From positions 434,001 to 498,000 of the forward strand of contig JANJGN010000387.1 in the NCBI GenBank assembly GCA_026770705.1: a stretch of 64,000 nt of DNA. The letters run 5' to 3'. The position numbers were made by a program, and so were the translations under genes. The notes below the pieces were generated by a model. That model saw only the letters and a program-made list of their open reading frames with translations. It made no database searches and was not told where the DNA came from. Source of the stretch: Isurus oxyrinchus. Taxonomy: Eukaryota. Positions 1 to 12,416 of this stretch are shown piece by piece; the stretch's first letter is position 1, and the number at the start of each line of letters is the position of its first letter.

Positions 1-129
1 CATATGGTCATTCAACTTAAATGACCAAAGCATCATTTACTCCGTCAATGTTAGAGTCTGATATCAATACTTCGTCACAATTAGGCACAATATCAGTTAA
101 AATGTCAAAGGGTAAAGTGATGCTTCTGT

Positions 130-790
130 AACAGTTTTTTTTATTCATTCATGGATGTGGGTGTCCCAGGTCCAGTCAGTATTTAATGCCCACCCGTAAT
201 TGCCCTTGAGAACATGGTGTTAATGAGCTGCTTTCTTGAACTGCTGTGGTCCATGTAGTGTTGGTACAGCTACGTTTCTGTCAGGGAGGGAGTTCCAGGA
301 TATTGACCCAGGGACATTGAAGGAACAGCGACATATTTCCAAGTCAATATGATGAGTGACTTGGAGGGGAAATTCCAGTTGTTGGAGTTCCCATATATCT
401 GCTGCCCTTGTCATTCAAGAAGGTAGTGGCCGGAAGTTTGGAAGGTGCTGACTAAGGTGAATTCCTGCATTGCAACTTGTAGATGGCAAATAGTGCTGCC
501 ACTGTGCACTGGTGGTGGAGGGAGTGAATATTTGTGGATGGGGGGGGGGGGGTCAATCCCACGGGTTGCTTTGTCCTGGATGGTGTCAAGCTTCATGAGC
601 GTTGTTGCAACAGCACTCATCCAGGCAAGTGGGAAGTACTTAATTCCACTTTTGACTTGCACCTTGTAGGTGGTGGGGAGGCTTTGGGGAATCAGGAGGT
701 AAGTTAATCGACGCAGGATGCCTAGCCTCTTACCTGCTCTTGTAGCCACAGTGTTTAGATGGCTAGCCCAGTTCAGTTTCTAGTCAATGG
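130..790 (-). mobile_element. L2/CR1-superfamily LINE 3' end (decayed)
   Basis: ORFs 411-749 and 220-414 (ATRAGKRLGILRR...KLDTIQDKA; SWNSLP) match the post-RT region and tail of the copy at 44770-45990. Confidence 0.8.
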
Positions 791-799
791 ATGTGTCAG

Positions 800-1690
800 G
801 GGAAGAGTAGATCAGGATTCGAAAAGCCGGCGTGAGGTAGGATGCTTTGAACTGACAGAATGTGTAAGGTGTTGTGAACAGTTGACGTAGTGTAACTTTT
901 GTCAGGAGTAGGTTTCGTCGGCAGTTGAGGAATGGTCGGGCTTGTAGTCCAGTTCAAGTGGGGCAGGATAGCTCGGGGCAGAAATGGTCGGGCGGGTTGG
1001 CTGGTTCAGGATGTCTGTTGGGTCGGGGAGGTAGAGTGGGTAGTATAGGTCGAGTGGGTTAGAATAGTCTAGACTGTAGGATAGTTCTTGGAGGCAGGAT
1101 GGATTGAGGGGGTTAGGTTGGGCTTGGAGAATTGGGTGCTTCAGGGTAGGATACTTGGAATGCTGTATGATGGGGTGGAGGTAGGACGGGGTGAGTGGGG
1201 TTGGGTCTGCCAGTCTGGATGGATGGATCAGGGGTAGAATGGTGGAGTATGGTAGGATGATTCAGTGATGTAATCTGTGGCTGGCTGGTTGGATGAGTTG
1301 AGTGGGGCAGTATGGGTCAGGGGCATAGGATGGTCCCGGGTTTAGGGTAGGTGGAATGGGAGAGGAAGGGTAGGGTGGTAGCATCGTTCAGGGGAATAGG
1401 ATACGTTGGGATTAGGATAGGTGGAGTAGGTAGGATGGGTTGGAGGGGGTAGAATTAGTCCAGGGGTATTTTGTGTCTGCGGGTGCCAGTCGAGGCATGG
1501 GTGAGATGATTTGTGGAGGGAATAATAATCGGGTGGTATTTTTTTTATTCGGGTTACTCAGGGGGATAGTGTTGTAGTCCGGGGTAGGAAGGTAGTCGGG
1601 CTGTCAGGAGGATAATCAGGGCAACCGAGTGAGGAATGGTGGAGGGGAATATTGGGGGTCAAGTGGGGAATCGGAAAGTAGGAAATTATT
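800..1690. repeat. G-rich low-complexity tract, followed by a repeat segment resembling 46330-46870
   Basis: Strong G/T skew with GGGTAGGATGG-like reiterations; similar GAAGTTTRAAGTTC motif at ~1810 and ~46750. Confidence 0.55.
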
Positions 1691-1956
1691 TCAAATCCCC
1701 TAACTTTTCCTGGATACCTATTCTGCTAAGAGTGGTGGAGCTACGTATGTTCTGCAATTTAAATTTGATTTCCAGATGATTCCAAGGCATCCAGGATAAT
1801 TTCCCATCGGAAGTTTGAAGTTCCTGTGCAATATCTGTGTAATGTTTACATGAGAAATTCCTGTGGGGGCCCCGGGTGCATCTTCTGGGGCACTCCCCGT
1901 GCACAACCCCTCCCACGCCCACGTACCGAATTCGGAAGTTCAGTGCGAATGACAAT

Positions 1957-2230
1957 GGTTCCCTGAATATAGTTTGCTCTGACCCTAAATACAATGCTCT
2001 CTGCCGTGTAAATGGAATGATCTCTGTCCCCTAATACAATTTTCACTGTCCCCTAAAACAATGACCACTGTACCATAACCATAATGATCACTGGCTGCTA
2101 AATACAACCTTTAAATGTCCCCTAACTACTATGATCATCTTCTCCTAAATTCAATCATTAATGTCCCCTGAATGCAATATTCACTGTCCCCTAAAAATAA
2201 TGTTGATTCACCCATAAATTGAATAATGCG
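1957..2230. repeat. Degenerate ~22-23 bp minisatellite (ACTGTCCCCTAAATACAATGATC)
   Basis: TGTCCCCTAA recurs at roughly 22-23 bp multiples. Confidence 0.75.
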
Positions 2231-3639
2231 CTCTCTGCAGGGAACATTTGTCAGAGCTCCGCAAGGGATTATTTAGAAGTTTACTACAAAAGCATCATAT
2301 TACCGCTGCTTTAAATGTTATTTATAGATAATTATTTTAAAATAGACTCGGCACAGTCACAGGCCCCTGTGAATTGTACCCATTTCGGTGAGTATGTTTT
2401 TGTCAAGGAGCTGGTGAAGCGATTGATAACTTCCAGCGTTTTTTCTTTTTATTTCTTTATGAGATTTTCAGATGTTACATAGTTGCCTTTGAATTACTTT
2501 CATCTTTTTCAGCTTGTGATTTCTGGCTCTAATGGCTTAATTACAGTATCACTTTTTACAACCAACGCTTTGTTCAAATACCTTAAGTGTAAAAATTAAA
2601 GTAATCAGGGATTCAAGCACATCATTAAACCGAGATGAGATACGGACCAAGGTGTGGCTTAAAACAATGAAATTCTATTTCATTGATTTATTAACCTATG
2701 TTTGCTTTTCTACATATAATTCCCAATCCCTGTTTTGTAGACTCCAGCCGATCATAGAAAACACACAAATTTAAATCATGAAGTCTTCTTAATTTCACAA
2801 AGTTCAAATGAACATGTAATTAAGAAAATACTTTGAACTGGAAGTCGATCTGTAAATTTACTAAGCTAGATATCGGGCATTGTTGTTTACGTGTCATCTC
2901 AGAGGTGAAACATAATTGTTTCATGTAACTGCTAACCAGATCTCCACTTTAATAGCAATTTCTCAAAATGCACAAATCCAACCAAGAGCATATTTTCTTT
3001 TTATTTTTAGTTTCAGCTTCTTGTTCCGTCGCCAGAACTCTCCTTTTTAAAAAATTCTTATGTATTTGTAACAAAGTGTGACATATGTTTTGTGATGGGT
3101 GTCCTGCAGCATAAGTGCATCGGCTCCAAGACTAACTGCAAATATGCAAACGGAAATGATAGGTTGTTTGATAGTGACAGAGAAACTACCCAATCAATAT
3201 GGACATTCATTTTGAGTGGAAAGTTTCGGCTCTTTTAAAGATAACAAGTTTATTTAAGGTCAGGAGATCTAATTGTTCTAAATAAACATCAAAGAGGTAT
3301 TTGAACTTAATCATTATTTTATTGTCATTGGGCCAGTTTGGTGCAGGTCAGTTTTTAGTTGTGGACAAAAACGCCCAACACTTTAAGATTTTTTTTTTCG
3401 CAGTATGGCCGAACCTAACTCTGAATGGTGATAGAAACCTGGAATATTGGCTGAACGGTACGATTCGAAATATGATTATGTCAGCCTGCTGCCTGAAGGC
3501 TCTCTGGGGCAGATCTCATGCATCCACATGTGTGTGAAGAAGACTTTACAGGATTGACAGAGCTGACTGTCTTTTTGTTGTTTCTGGTGCTTAGCTCGAT
3601 GCCGGGTGTTCCATCGGTTCTATTTTCAAACATTTTCTC

Positions 3640-3950
3640 CCGCTTGCTAGACCAGTTAAGGGGGAAGTTGTCACTCCACTGCATCTCCCTGGGCGTAGCG
3701 TCACATAGAGGCCAAACTTGGGAAAGACAACTGAATTCCTTCACGAAAGTAAATGAATGAAACGGATTGTGCTAATTCATGAGAATGCTGTAGTTTCATG
3801 GTCATCATTCATAATTGCTCCTTTTTAATTTTCAGTTTACTTTCGCAAACTGAATTTATGTTCATCAGTTGACGTGGTGGGATGTAAACTTTCGTCCCTG
3901 AATCACTAACCTTGCCTTCAGATTTACTAGTCCATGAACATGACCACTAT
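3640..3950 (-). mobile_element. SINE copy (family also at 18690-18990, 29210-29560, 30450-30800, 57650-58000)
   Basis: Degenerate version of the core GTCACATAGAGGCCAGAC...TTCCTTCCCTAAAG...GTGAACC shared between copies. Confidence 0.6.
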
Positions 3951-4691
3951 TTCAACATACACCAAGGCACTTGTCTACCAACGAGATATAGAGACTAGGA
4001 TTCAATTGAAAATATCAAAACTGAGATTGATAGGATTTGGTACCAACTGCTTTAAACTAAGGTGTCCAAATGGAGACATTCTGCATATTATCAATGCACT
4101 AATTGAAAGACAGGGAAGACTCCAGGACCAGAATATCTTTCTCCATTTGCTATGGGTCAACAACTTCGGGATAGGATCCCAAATTGCACTGGTAAATGCA
4201 TAACTGAAACCAGAAACCAGCTATAGTCAGCTATTTCTGCAAAGCAGAGAGAAGGGAACAAGGAAGCGTAGAACAGAACCAAGCAGATTGGAAAAATGGT
4301 CGCCAGTATGGTAAGTGTGACTATAATTCAATAGTCAGTGTGACAGCAAAAAGAATGTGATGCACACTGGACAGAGAGTGCTCCAATGCAATGGATGTGG
4401 ACAAAGGTTTAACTAGTTAGCACAGCATGAATAAATAAACGCATCGCACCATACACAGTGGGGAGAGGTCTTGCACGTTTTCAATGACTGGATGAAGTTT
4501 CAACTAATCATCCAACCTCAGTAGCACAACGATGTGGTATACTGCGAAACATTGCAAATGAGGACACTATAGGACGGGACTCGCTTCCTCAGCCTGACTG
4601 CAAATTTATCGAGATACTCCCACTGAGAAGAAGTCGTTCACATGCTGCATGGAGTAGGGAAGATGTTAACAGTTGTTTCTTCTTCTTGCAG

Positions 4692-5030
4692 TCCGTTATG
4701 TTCAGGAGGTAGACGTAGGAAAAACCTTTCAAATGATATGTAGTTGGCGAGTGAGTCAGTCGTGCATTTCAATTGCTGACAGATGAGTGAAATTTCAAGT
4801 AGCAGCAGAATTTCAATTATGTTCTTACTAATGATTTTAATCACATCTGGGGTTATTTAATAATCTGGACAAAGGGCATATAAAGCGAAGGCTAATGGAT
4901 CAGTTTCCGTCTGACATTGAAAGACCTATCGAGGTATAACAAATAATTACTTCCTTACTCATGATCTTCCGCTGGCAACAGTGACAAATATTGAGACCTG
5001 TGCCGCATTTTGCATTTGGGGAGCAGGAGA
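4692..5030 (+). pseudogene. Possible decayed IgV-like exon
   Basis: Pyrimidine tract + AG at 4690-4691. Phase-1 frame reads VRYVQEVDVGKTFQMICSWRVSQSCISIADR*VKFQ (Cys 4739, TGA at the expected Trp 4784); FRLTLKDL at 4905-4928 after a frameshift. Confidence 0.35.
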
Positions 5031-5904
5031 ACTGCCATACCCCAAGCGCATGTGCAGTACTCACCCGAGATTGGGACAATGATCTGTTGCAATGAGTAGC
5101 CAATAACTTCTCTGGCGTGACATTTTGTGGCTATCAGGATGGCAAGGAATGTGTTTGTGCATGGTCAGTGGGGAGCGGCAGTACTGTAAAATGTGGCGAG
5201 TCATTCAAAAGCTCATTGGCTTTGGCAGAACCAAAAAATCTCGCCGCCGAGAGGGGCCATAAAATTCTGAATTTGCCATTACATTTGATGAGTTATTTTT
5301 AATAATTCTGTTGTTCACGATTGATGCCCGTTGAAAATAAGACACTGTTGTTAGACTCGATTTATGCTGTTTGATAACACTGGAAATGTCATCATAATTG
5401 TCCGATTGAAAGTGTAGAAGGCGAATTACTGTTGTTCATTTTTTCCTGCCCCTTATTCCTATGTTTAATGACAAGGGATAGCGAGTGTGAAGCGGTGACT
5501 AGTGAGTTGAGAACAACGCATGGGAGCAGCATTTGTTACCATTTCAGAACGCCTTTTACCTATAAGGGGTAAACTACACAAAGCAATAACATTGAGGTTC
5601 TTACCTTAAATTGTTAAAATTTTGGTGTCCAATATCAGATCTAAGCCGGACTCTCTGTCTCCCACATGGATTTCCAAGGCCCTGGGGGCTGGTAGGGATG
5701 TACCAGGCCCCTGCTAGCACGAGGAAGACAACTAAAAACTAACGGGGAGCAGGCAACGTTCTTTATACATTGTTAAATTCACACGGAGGAAAAGGGACTC
5801 AAAGAAAATGACACTGCTTCCGGGAGACAAAACTTTTGTGTGAGATAAACAAAAGCAGCAATGGATGGAACACACATTATGACTCATGTTGAATTTTATT
5901 GTTA

Positions 5905-8129
5905 TCATCTTTTAAATAATTTAACAAGCAGGTTCAATGGGATTTTCACACCATTCTTTAACTCTACTCTGAATTTACTCTGGGTCCCTGCATAAATAAA
6001 CGGATTGACGCAAGAACTCAGGAGCTGAAGCATACGTGCACTTTCCTCCATAAGAAAATTTGATTCATTGAAATTGGTAGAGTCTACATAGCTAAGATTC
6101 GCAATTCGGACATAGAGGAAGTTTATAAGTCTTAACAAATGTAACAGGATGAAACTGCCCGAGATACAGAAGAGCAAAACCATGGATTTCCTTCTCTTCT
6201 GCATCTCTGGGTCACTTTGATTCTCTCCATTGCTCTGGATCTGGAGTCTCCTGCGGGTTCGACTGGCCGCTACAATGTGTCTGATGGTCAGAGCATTGAG
6301 CAGTAAAATAAGGAAGAAGGAGAGGCAAGGGGTTAAAACGGCGATTATGCTTTCATAAGCGACCCATTCAGGTGCCGTATAAAATATTGATTTTGAATTG
6401 CATTGCCAGGGTATATTGTCAATGATAAAGGCAGGCTTACACATAAAATACAAAGGGATGCTTTTAACGCAGTTAAGTACAGAGACAGTTGCTATCACCG
6501 CAGCCGCCATTTTCTCAGTGCAATATTTAATTTTCAGCTTCTGGCAGCAAATGGCTACAAATCGGTCAAAGGTGAAAGCCACTGTTACCCAGACAGAACA
6601 ATCGATGACTCCATAATTTAGCACAAGTCTGAGGCTGAAGACCGGAGTGATGGCCAGGAGACTGAACAGGAAATAAATACCTATAATCCAGTTTAATATC
6701 ACAACTGTGATCCCGACAAGAAGATACATCACGGCCATGGACATCAAGTAGTAAGTGATACATTTGGAGAGACCGCATCTTCCTCGAGTCAGTATCACAA
6801 TCACGACCAGATTAGCTGTGACAGCGAAACGCAGCCAGCGAATAGCCAATTTTGAGAAAGAAATTTAGAACATAAAATGTTGGAAATTCTCAGTCAGGCA
6901 GCAGTTGAAAAGAGAGGAACAAGTTAGCATGTCAGAAAGATGATCTGGAGGAAAATATCTTAAAACACAGCAATCTGTTCTGTACTGTCAGCAACACTAA
7001 GGGCTAACTCAAGGTGAACATTGAACGTCCTGCATTGTGACCCTGAAATACAATCAATGTTGTTCTCATTCAACATTTAGAGATGGGAAAATATAAGAAT
7101 ACTCTGAAACATTGGAAAATCGAAGATTAACAAATACATTATAGAACTTGAAAAAAGTTCAGCAAAAAAAAAAAACACTACTTAACTGAAAAGAAGATGA
7201 AGGAGATGTGATGCATCTGAGCTGTAACAATTCGAAGTTAAAGGAACAAGGCTTCACAGCCACGAGTAGAGCTGATCATGCTTACTATGGCTCAGTTTAC
7301 AGCAATCTCACTTTTGAGTCAAAAGGTTTAGCATTCAAGCCCAACTGTTGGACTTCAGCAACGTTGCACTGCCCGATATGCTATATTTCAGCTAAAGCAA
7401 AAGACTGAGGACCGGTCATGAATACAAAATCTTACTTAAGAAATAGCTGTTATTCACATTCCAGCACAAGGAGAAATATATGCACACGGCAAAGTGAGGT
7501 AATTCAACAGCTGTGTCAATAACACCATAGAGCTACATTTACAGCATGATAAATCATCCATGGTGACAGTGTCAATAATACAATTGATTTACATTGCACT
7601 GTGATATTAGTGTGCTTAATACTCCGCCCACGTTAATAATGACAATAACAACATCAAATTACGTTTAGACTGAGAGGCGGCACTGCTAAGTTGGGAGAAA
7701 AGTTTTAGTTAAAGAGATGGAACGGCATTGGCGAAGCAAACATAGTAATCCCTGAAATGGAAGTAAGTATAGTGGCAATGGGAAGAAACTGTTCTCGTGA
7801 AGGGGAGAAATTGTAGCCTTAAAGTGGAGAAAAGAGACCAGTAATGACCAGCAATATTGCAAGGAAAGGGAAGGTTTAATCTCATTTAAAAGAAGAATGC
7901 ACTAAACGTGGAGATAAGGATACTGCAAAAAAGGGAAAACATAAAAAAACAAATTATCCTGTTAATGGGGTGAACCATAGAGAAGCAGTACAGCTAAATT
8001 AAAGAAGTGATAGAGTGAAAAATGATTCTGGTAACTGGTAACTAACCGTAATACTTTACCTGGAATACCGATAGCTGCAAGAACGGGATAGTAAATGGCG
8101 AACACCAGACCTTTTGGTATCCCATGCAT
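5905..8129 (-). CDS. Class A GPCR, GPR139/GPR142-like (paralog 1); exon 1 8129-8060, exon 2 6815-5905; ~326 aa
   Basis: Exon 1 MHGIPKGLVFAIYYPVLAAIGIP, donor CCAG|GTAAAG, acceptor CACAG|CT. Seven hydrophobic segments, FTFDRFVAIC, NPFIY, open to stop. Alternative ATG at 8138. Confidence 0.92.
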
Positions 8130-8180
8130 TTCTCTCATAAGCTCCAAGTGCGCTCTGTGCTACACCGAAAGACTTTTAGA

Positions 8181-8242
8181 TTTATACATGATGTCGGACT
8201 CTAGGGAGACAATGAGAAGGTTTGGCTTTTTACATTAATTAC
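8181..8242 (-). promoter_or_regulatory. Promoter of GPCR 1: homeodomain site GTAATTAATG (8242-8233), O/E-like TCTCCCTAGAG (8209-8199), TATAAA (8186-8181)
   Basis: Motifs and spacing conserved in the other two paralog promoters. Confidence 0.7.
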
Positions 8243-8459
8243 ACTAACTGAAAAAAACATTTTAGTGCAGCTGCTGCCACGCTCGCATTTATATTTTTGA
8301 TGGAATTGAATCTGTTTTCAAGGACACTGGCGCGGCTCCAAATTGAAATAATCAGACAGGAGAGTACGGTCCAAGTTGCATTTTTTCCTAAAATTTAACT
8401 AACAAGCCAAATAAGCCATTGTAATTGTGAAAGTGAGCACTGTGCACGAGCATCCATGG

Positions 8460-8571
8460 CTTTAAACTCTGCAGGAAAACATTACAAAATTCTCACTCTT
8501 GATCATTTTTCGTCCACGTCTTTAAACTCCGCAGGAAAACATTACAAAGTTCTCACTCTTGATCATTTTTC
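8460..8571. repeat. 60-bp-period tandem duplication
   Basis: CTTTAAACTCYGCAGGAAAACATTACAAARTTCTCACTCTTGATCATTTTTC occurs at 8460 and 8520. Confidence 0.9.
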
Positions 8572-9099
8572 AGCCCGTGTGAACACGGATCACGTGTAAC
8601 GTGGCTCCCTTTCCCTTCTGGAATGCGTAACCAATCAGTAGCCATCCATCATTAGCCTCTCTGCCTGCTTGGACGTCAACTCATGACGAAAAGTGTCTCA
8701 ATTAACTCTGTAAATGAAACACCAATGCTATCGGTATTGGCTTGTGTCCTATTTCTGTTTGGCTTTCAGATGGATTTGTAGCAGAATTATTGATCCAGTC
8801 CCACTCAGGCACCTCCATCACACTTTTGCCGGGTATATTCATGACCAGATCAGTATTGATCTCGTTCAACCGCTGAACTGGAAAATGAGGTTACGTTTGC
8901 GTTGGAATGTAACCCTCCCCATGCCCTTACTTGCTCCATGTTTGAAATTTATATTTTCTTCTGCCACTTTGATGTGGACACATTGGGGAATTGGCTATGG
9001 CCCAATATTCAACAGAAGCTCACCAACAACCAGCTGTCTTGAATACACATCCATGCACATCTTTTACTGGAAAGGAACTTTTCCGTTCTCTCAGAATCT

Positions 9100-10215
9100 C
9101 AGTTTCTGCTGAATATGTTCGATTATCCCTTCTAGCTTTCTCTAATAGAGTTTCCAATTACTTCAGCCGAGTATTTCCAGCTCACCGTGGTTGACAGAAC
9201 CCAGCGTCATGCATGTAACATGTCTCACACTTCTGCTTTCACACCTTCTCCCCCTCCAGGATCCACAATAGGCTTCTCCTTGCCCTTGCATACCATTCCA
9301 CACATCTCTTGTATCATTTGGTCCACCTCTGCATTTTCAAACTCATCCGGCATGTTGTCACTGCCCAATATGCCCAACTCACTTCTACTCTTTAACATTG
9401 AGAATGGGTCTTTGCTCCACTCCGCACTTGTCTTCTCCAAAATCAATCCAACTTTTCCTTTTCCGAAGAACCTTCCCATGCACGCAATGAACATGCAACG
9501 CCAGCCCCTGTCTCCATGCCCTTCTCTCTGTCCTACGGCCCAAACAATGCTTCTAAATGGAAAATCGATTTGTTTGAACTTCTGTCCATTGAGTATACCC
9601 TGTTCACTGCTCAATATTCCGTCTGCTCTACATTCTGGATGTTAAATGTAGATTGGTGATAATTTCTCAGGTACATCCATTCGGTCCAGAAGTGTGAACG
9701 TCTGGTCACTTGTCAACCTAATTATCTGTTCCGCTCTCACTTTGACATGACTGTGATTGAACCCTCCTACTGCTCCAAGGAAATGGAACCTGTGCTCCAG
9801 GAGTAAAATCTCATATTTCCTTAAGGCACTTTCTAGGCTTTTGGATTTTCCATAAATTTCAACAATCGTGATCACACCCACTGCATTTTTCTTCCTTCTT
9901 TGCTCTTTGTTATTGCGTTGCGAAAACATTTCTTGATTTTGATTCTGTTATAAACAGTTTGCCATCTTTTAGACATTCCTCTTCTGCTTTTCCTTGTTCC
10001 ACTTTGACTTCCACCATCACTGCTTTTGTCATTTGATTTCTCCTGTTTTCCCATTTACCAGAAGCATCTCCTTTTGAACCTTTTCCCCCCAAATCCGTTT
10101 TTTGCCTCTACACTTGCATTAAAACTGTTCCATCTGTAACTTTTGACTGATTTGATGAAAGGTCACATGCTGCCGGATATCCTGAGTATTTCCATTGTTT
10201 CCTGTTTAATTCCAT
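9100..10215 (+). mobile_element. Penelope-like element relic (GIY-YIG end and terminal repeat)
   Basis: Decayed GIY-YIG-type coding region (~9600-9870), followed by a terminus resembling ...GATGAAAGGTCA...CCTGAGTATTTCCA. Confidence 0.6.
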
Positions 10216-11429
10216 TCAGGATGTTTACATTCAGTGTAGAAATGTGCAGCTCGGCATGGTTATATTCACAGTGCGCACGCCTGGTTTGGCACAGTTACTT
10301 CCATTGTGGACTAGTTCAATTCAGTTAGTGTAGCCATGTCAATCCCGGCAATAACGAAAGTGCACAGGTGTGTGAATTTACATTTTGTGTGGCAAGATCC
10401 AGTTCAGGACGTGTGTGCTTCGTGCTTTCAGTCTAAGCTCAGTGCTCTCACATTCAGAGAAGATAACCTCCTGTTGAGCATGATTAAATTAATGATGGAG
10501 TGCTCCAAATCAACATGGTTATATGCCATGTAGAAATTCCTGTTCAGCTCGTTAGCAATCACTGTTTAGTGGAAAACCAGTTTAGGAGATTATCACGCTG
10601 GTGTGACTGTCCAGTTCAGTAAATTGCATTCACTGCATTCAGGTTAAATTGTGCACAGCTCCACTCAGTACGAACAGGCCAATTTCTATCCTGTTACACT
10701 AAATGTACATGGACGACTTTTTGCCCGATTATTGTCAACTTTGTCCAGTGGAACACAACTACGTACAATGTGCACAGCCCCGGCTGAGAGCACATTCTTT
10801 CTTGCAGTGGAAAATTTCACTTCAGCGTGAATACATTCCATATAGAATAATCAATTTCATTACTGCTATATTCGATGGAGACAGGACTGGCCGAGCATGG
10901 TTATGTTTCGTGTAGATTTATGAAAGTCTGCTCGGTGTTAATAAATGTGTACATGGACATTTGCATTCAGACTGGACTGGTTTAGTTCTGCATTCTTACT
11001 TTTAATTTGACCTTCTGTGGTTCACTGTGGTGGACAGTCCCAATGGATCACTGTGAACCTTTTAATTTCCCAGCAGCTATGCTTCGTGTGCAGGTGTCTT
11101 GACCAGCGAGGTTACATTCAATTTGCGTAATTGCAGTTCTGTAGCATGATTTTCAGTGCAGACTGATCTCGGCCGGAGAGATTTTATTCATTGTGATTTT
11201 CCACAACAAAATCCAGGTCTATTGTTAATGATAAAGGAAGGTTCATAGGCAAAGTACCAGGGGATGAGGAGGTTCTGGAGACTTTGGAATTGTCTTCTCC
11301 AGAAAACAAAAGACGGCAGGGGCACTAAATATATTCAAGGCATAGTTAGACAAATTATTGATCGACAAGATTTCCAATGGTTACTCAGTCTGACAGGAAA
11401 ACGGAGTTAAGGCCAGGATTACATTAATC

Positions 11430-12290
11430 ATGAACTCCGATGGGTATCACACAGCGTTGACAACAAAATGCATCTTAGGAGAATTGAATGGAGCAGTTAA
11501 CAGCAGCAACAGAGTTAAAAGTGCTCTTCATAACAGTTAATCGATTGCAACTATTTGATAAATTTACGAATAAACATGTGGAGGGTAAACAAAAATATGG
11601 AAAAATACATACCACTATCATTTACAGTTTCACGCCAATTAGAAAATATGCTGATCTGTAATGGTTAAGCTCAAATCGCCACAAAAAACACCCTCCCACA
11701 AATTATATTCCTTCTCCCACAGTTTGCTCTTTCAGTTATCCAACAACAATCCTTCGCAATGTCCTCTTCTTATCTAAAATATTTACTGTATCACATGGCT
11801 TATTTTTGGCAGCACTTTGGATACAAAACTTACTGTTGCTTCATTTTGAACCTTCTAAATGCTGTGAAAAGTTGAGACCCAAATACAAATCTTGCGAATC
11901 AGCTGTCACCCCCTGTCAATTGAACTGTATTCACATTACCGATCAACAAATTAAATGAGCTTTGTACATATCACAGCCATCGCGCGTTAAATTTATGTCG
12001 ATATCACTTTAAATTAACATCTAGGCATGTAAAATAAATGACCTGTTTAACTAAGAAATTCTGGTTTTAATGACATTATTGAAGTAACAATTAAACTACA
12101 TTGTGCAGCATTTGTATCATTTCCAAAACGTCCGTCAACACAAGACACAGAAATCGCGGACATACATAAAACAATCTTGAATGTTTTGCTGTTGGAGGAC
12201 AGCCAAACATCCGGAGAAGCTACACAGTAAACATCTGACCCTCAAGGCTTCACAGTTGAACAAAGATTGAAAGGACTTAATTCCGGAAAA
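11430..12290. repeat. ~860-bp direct duplication of 13310-14200
   Basis: Colinear similarity, e.g. AATAAACATGTGGMGGGTAAACAAAAATATGG and GTAAACATCTGACCCTCAAGG in both copies. Confidence 0.92.
11613..11890 (-). pseudogene. Duplicated Ig-like domain pseudo-exon (copy B)
   Basis: AAG|AT acceptor and G|GTATG donor, 278 nt. Reads DLYLGLNFSQHLEGSK*SNSKFCIQ...KPCDTV...FVGGCFLW with stops and a frameshift. Confidence 0.55.
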
Positions 12291-12416
12291 AGAAACGTAG
12301 AATTCAGATTCAGAATGTTTCCGTTTCGTATTTTGAGTGGCTCAGAAAACTGACTGGAAAATAAACAGCCGTAAACCGGCTTAATATCAGTGTAATGATA
12401 ATAACATGGAGATCTG

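Noticed and set aside
800-1690. G-rich tract as an Ig switch-like region
   Set aside because: Not enriched in AGCT repeats, not linked to a CH exon, and a similar tract recurs at ~46330 as part of a dispersed repeat.
1957-2230. Regularly spaced repeats superficially like a CRISPR array (also 49400-49980)
   Set aside because: Contiguous degenerate units with no unique spacers, in eukaryotic DNA with no cas genes.
6816-6849. ORF-track N-termini of the GPCR ORFs (MAIRWLRF..., MSPPQTYW..., and GTG start at 43465)
   Set aside because: They read through intron sequence; the real N-termini are in upstream exon 1.
9187-9645. 152-aa and 129-aa overlapping ORFs
   Set aside because: Off-frame and antisense reads of a decayed Penelope-like element.
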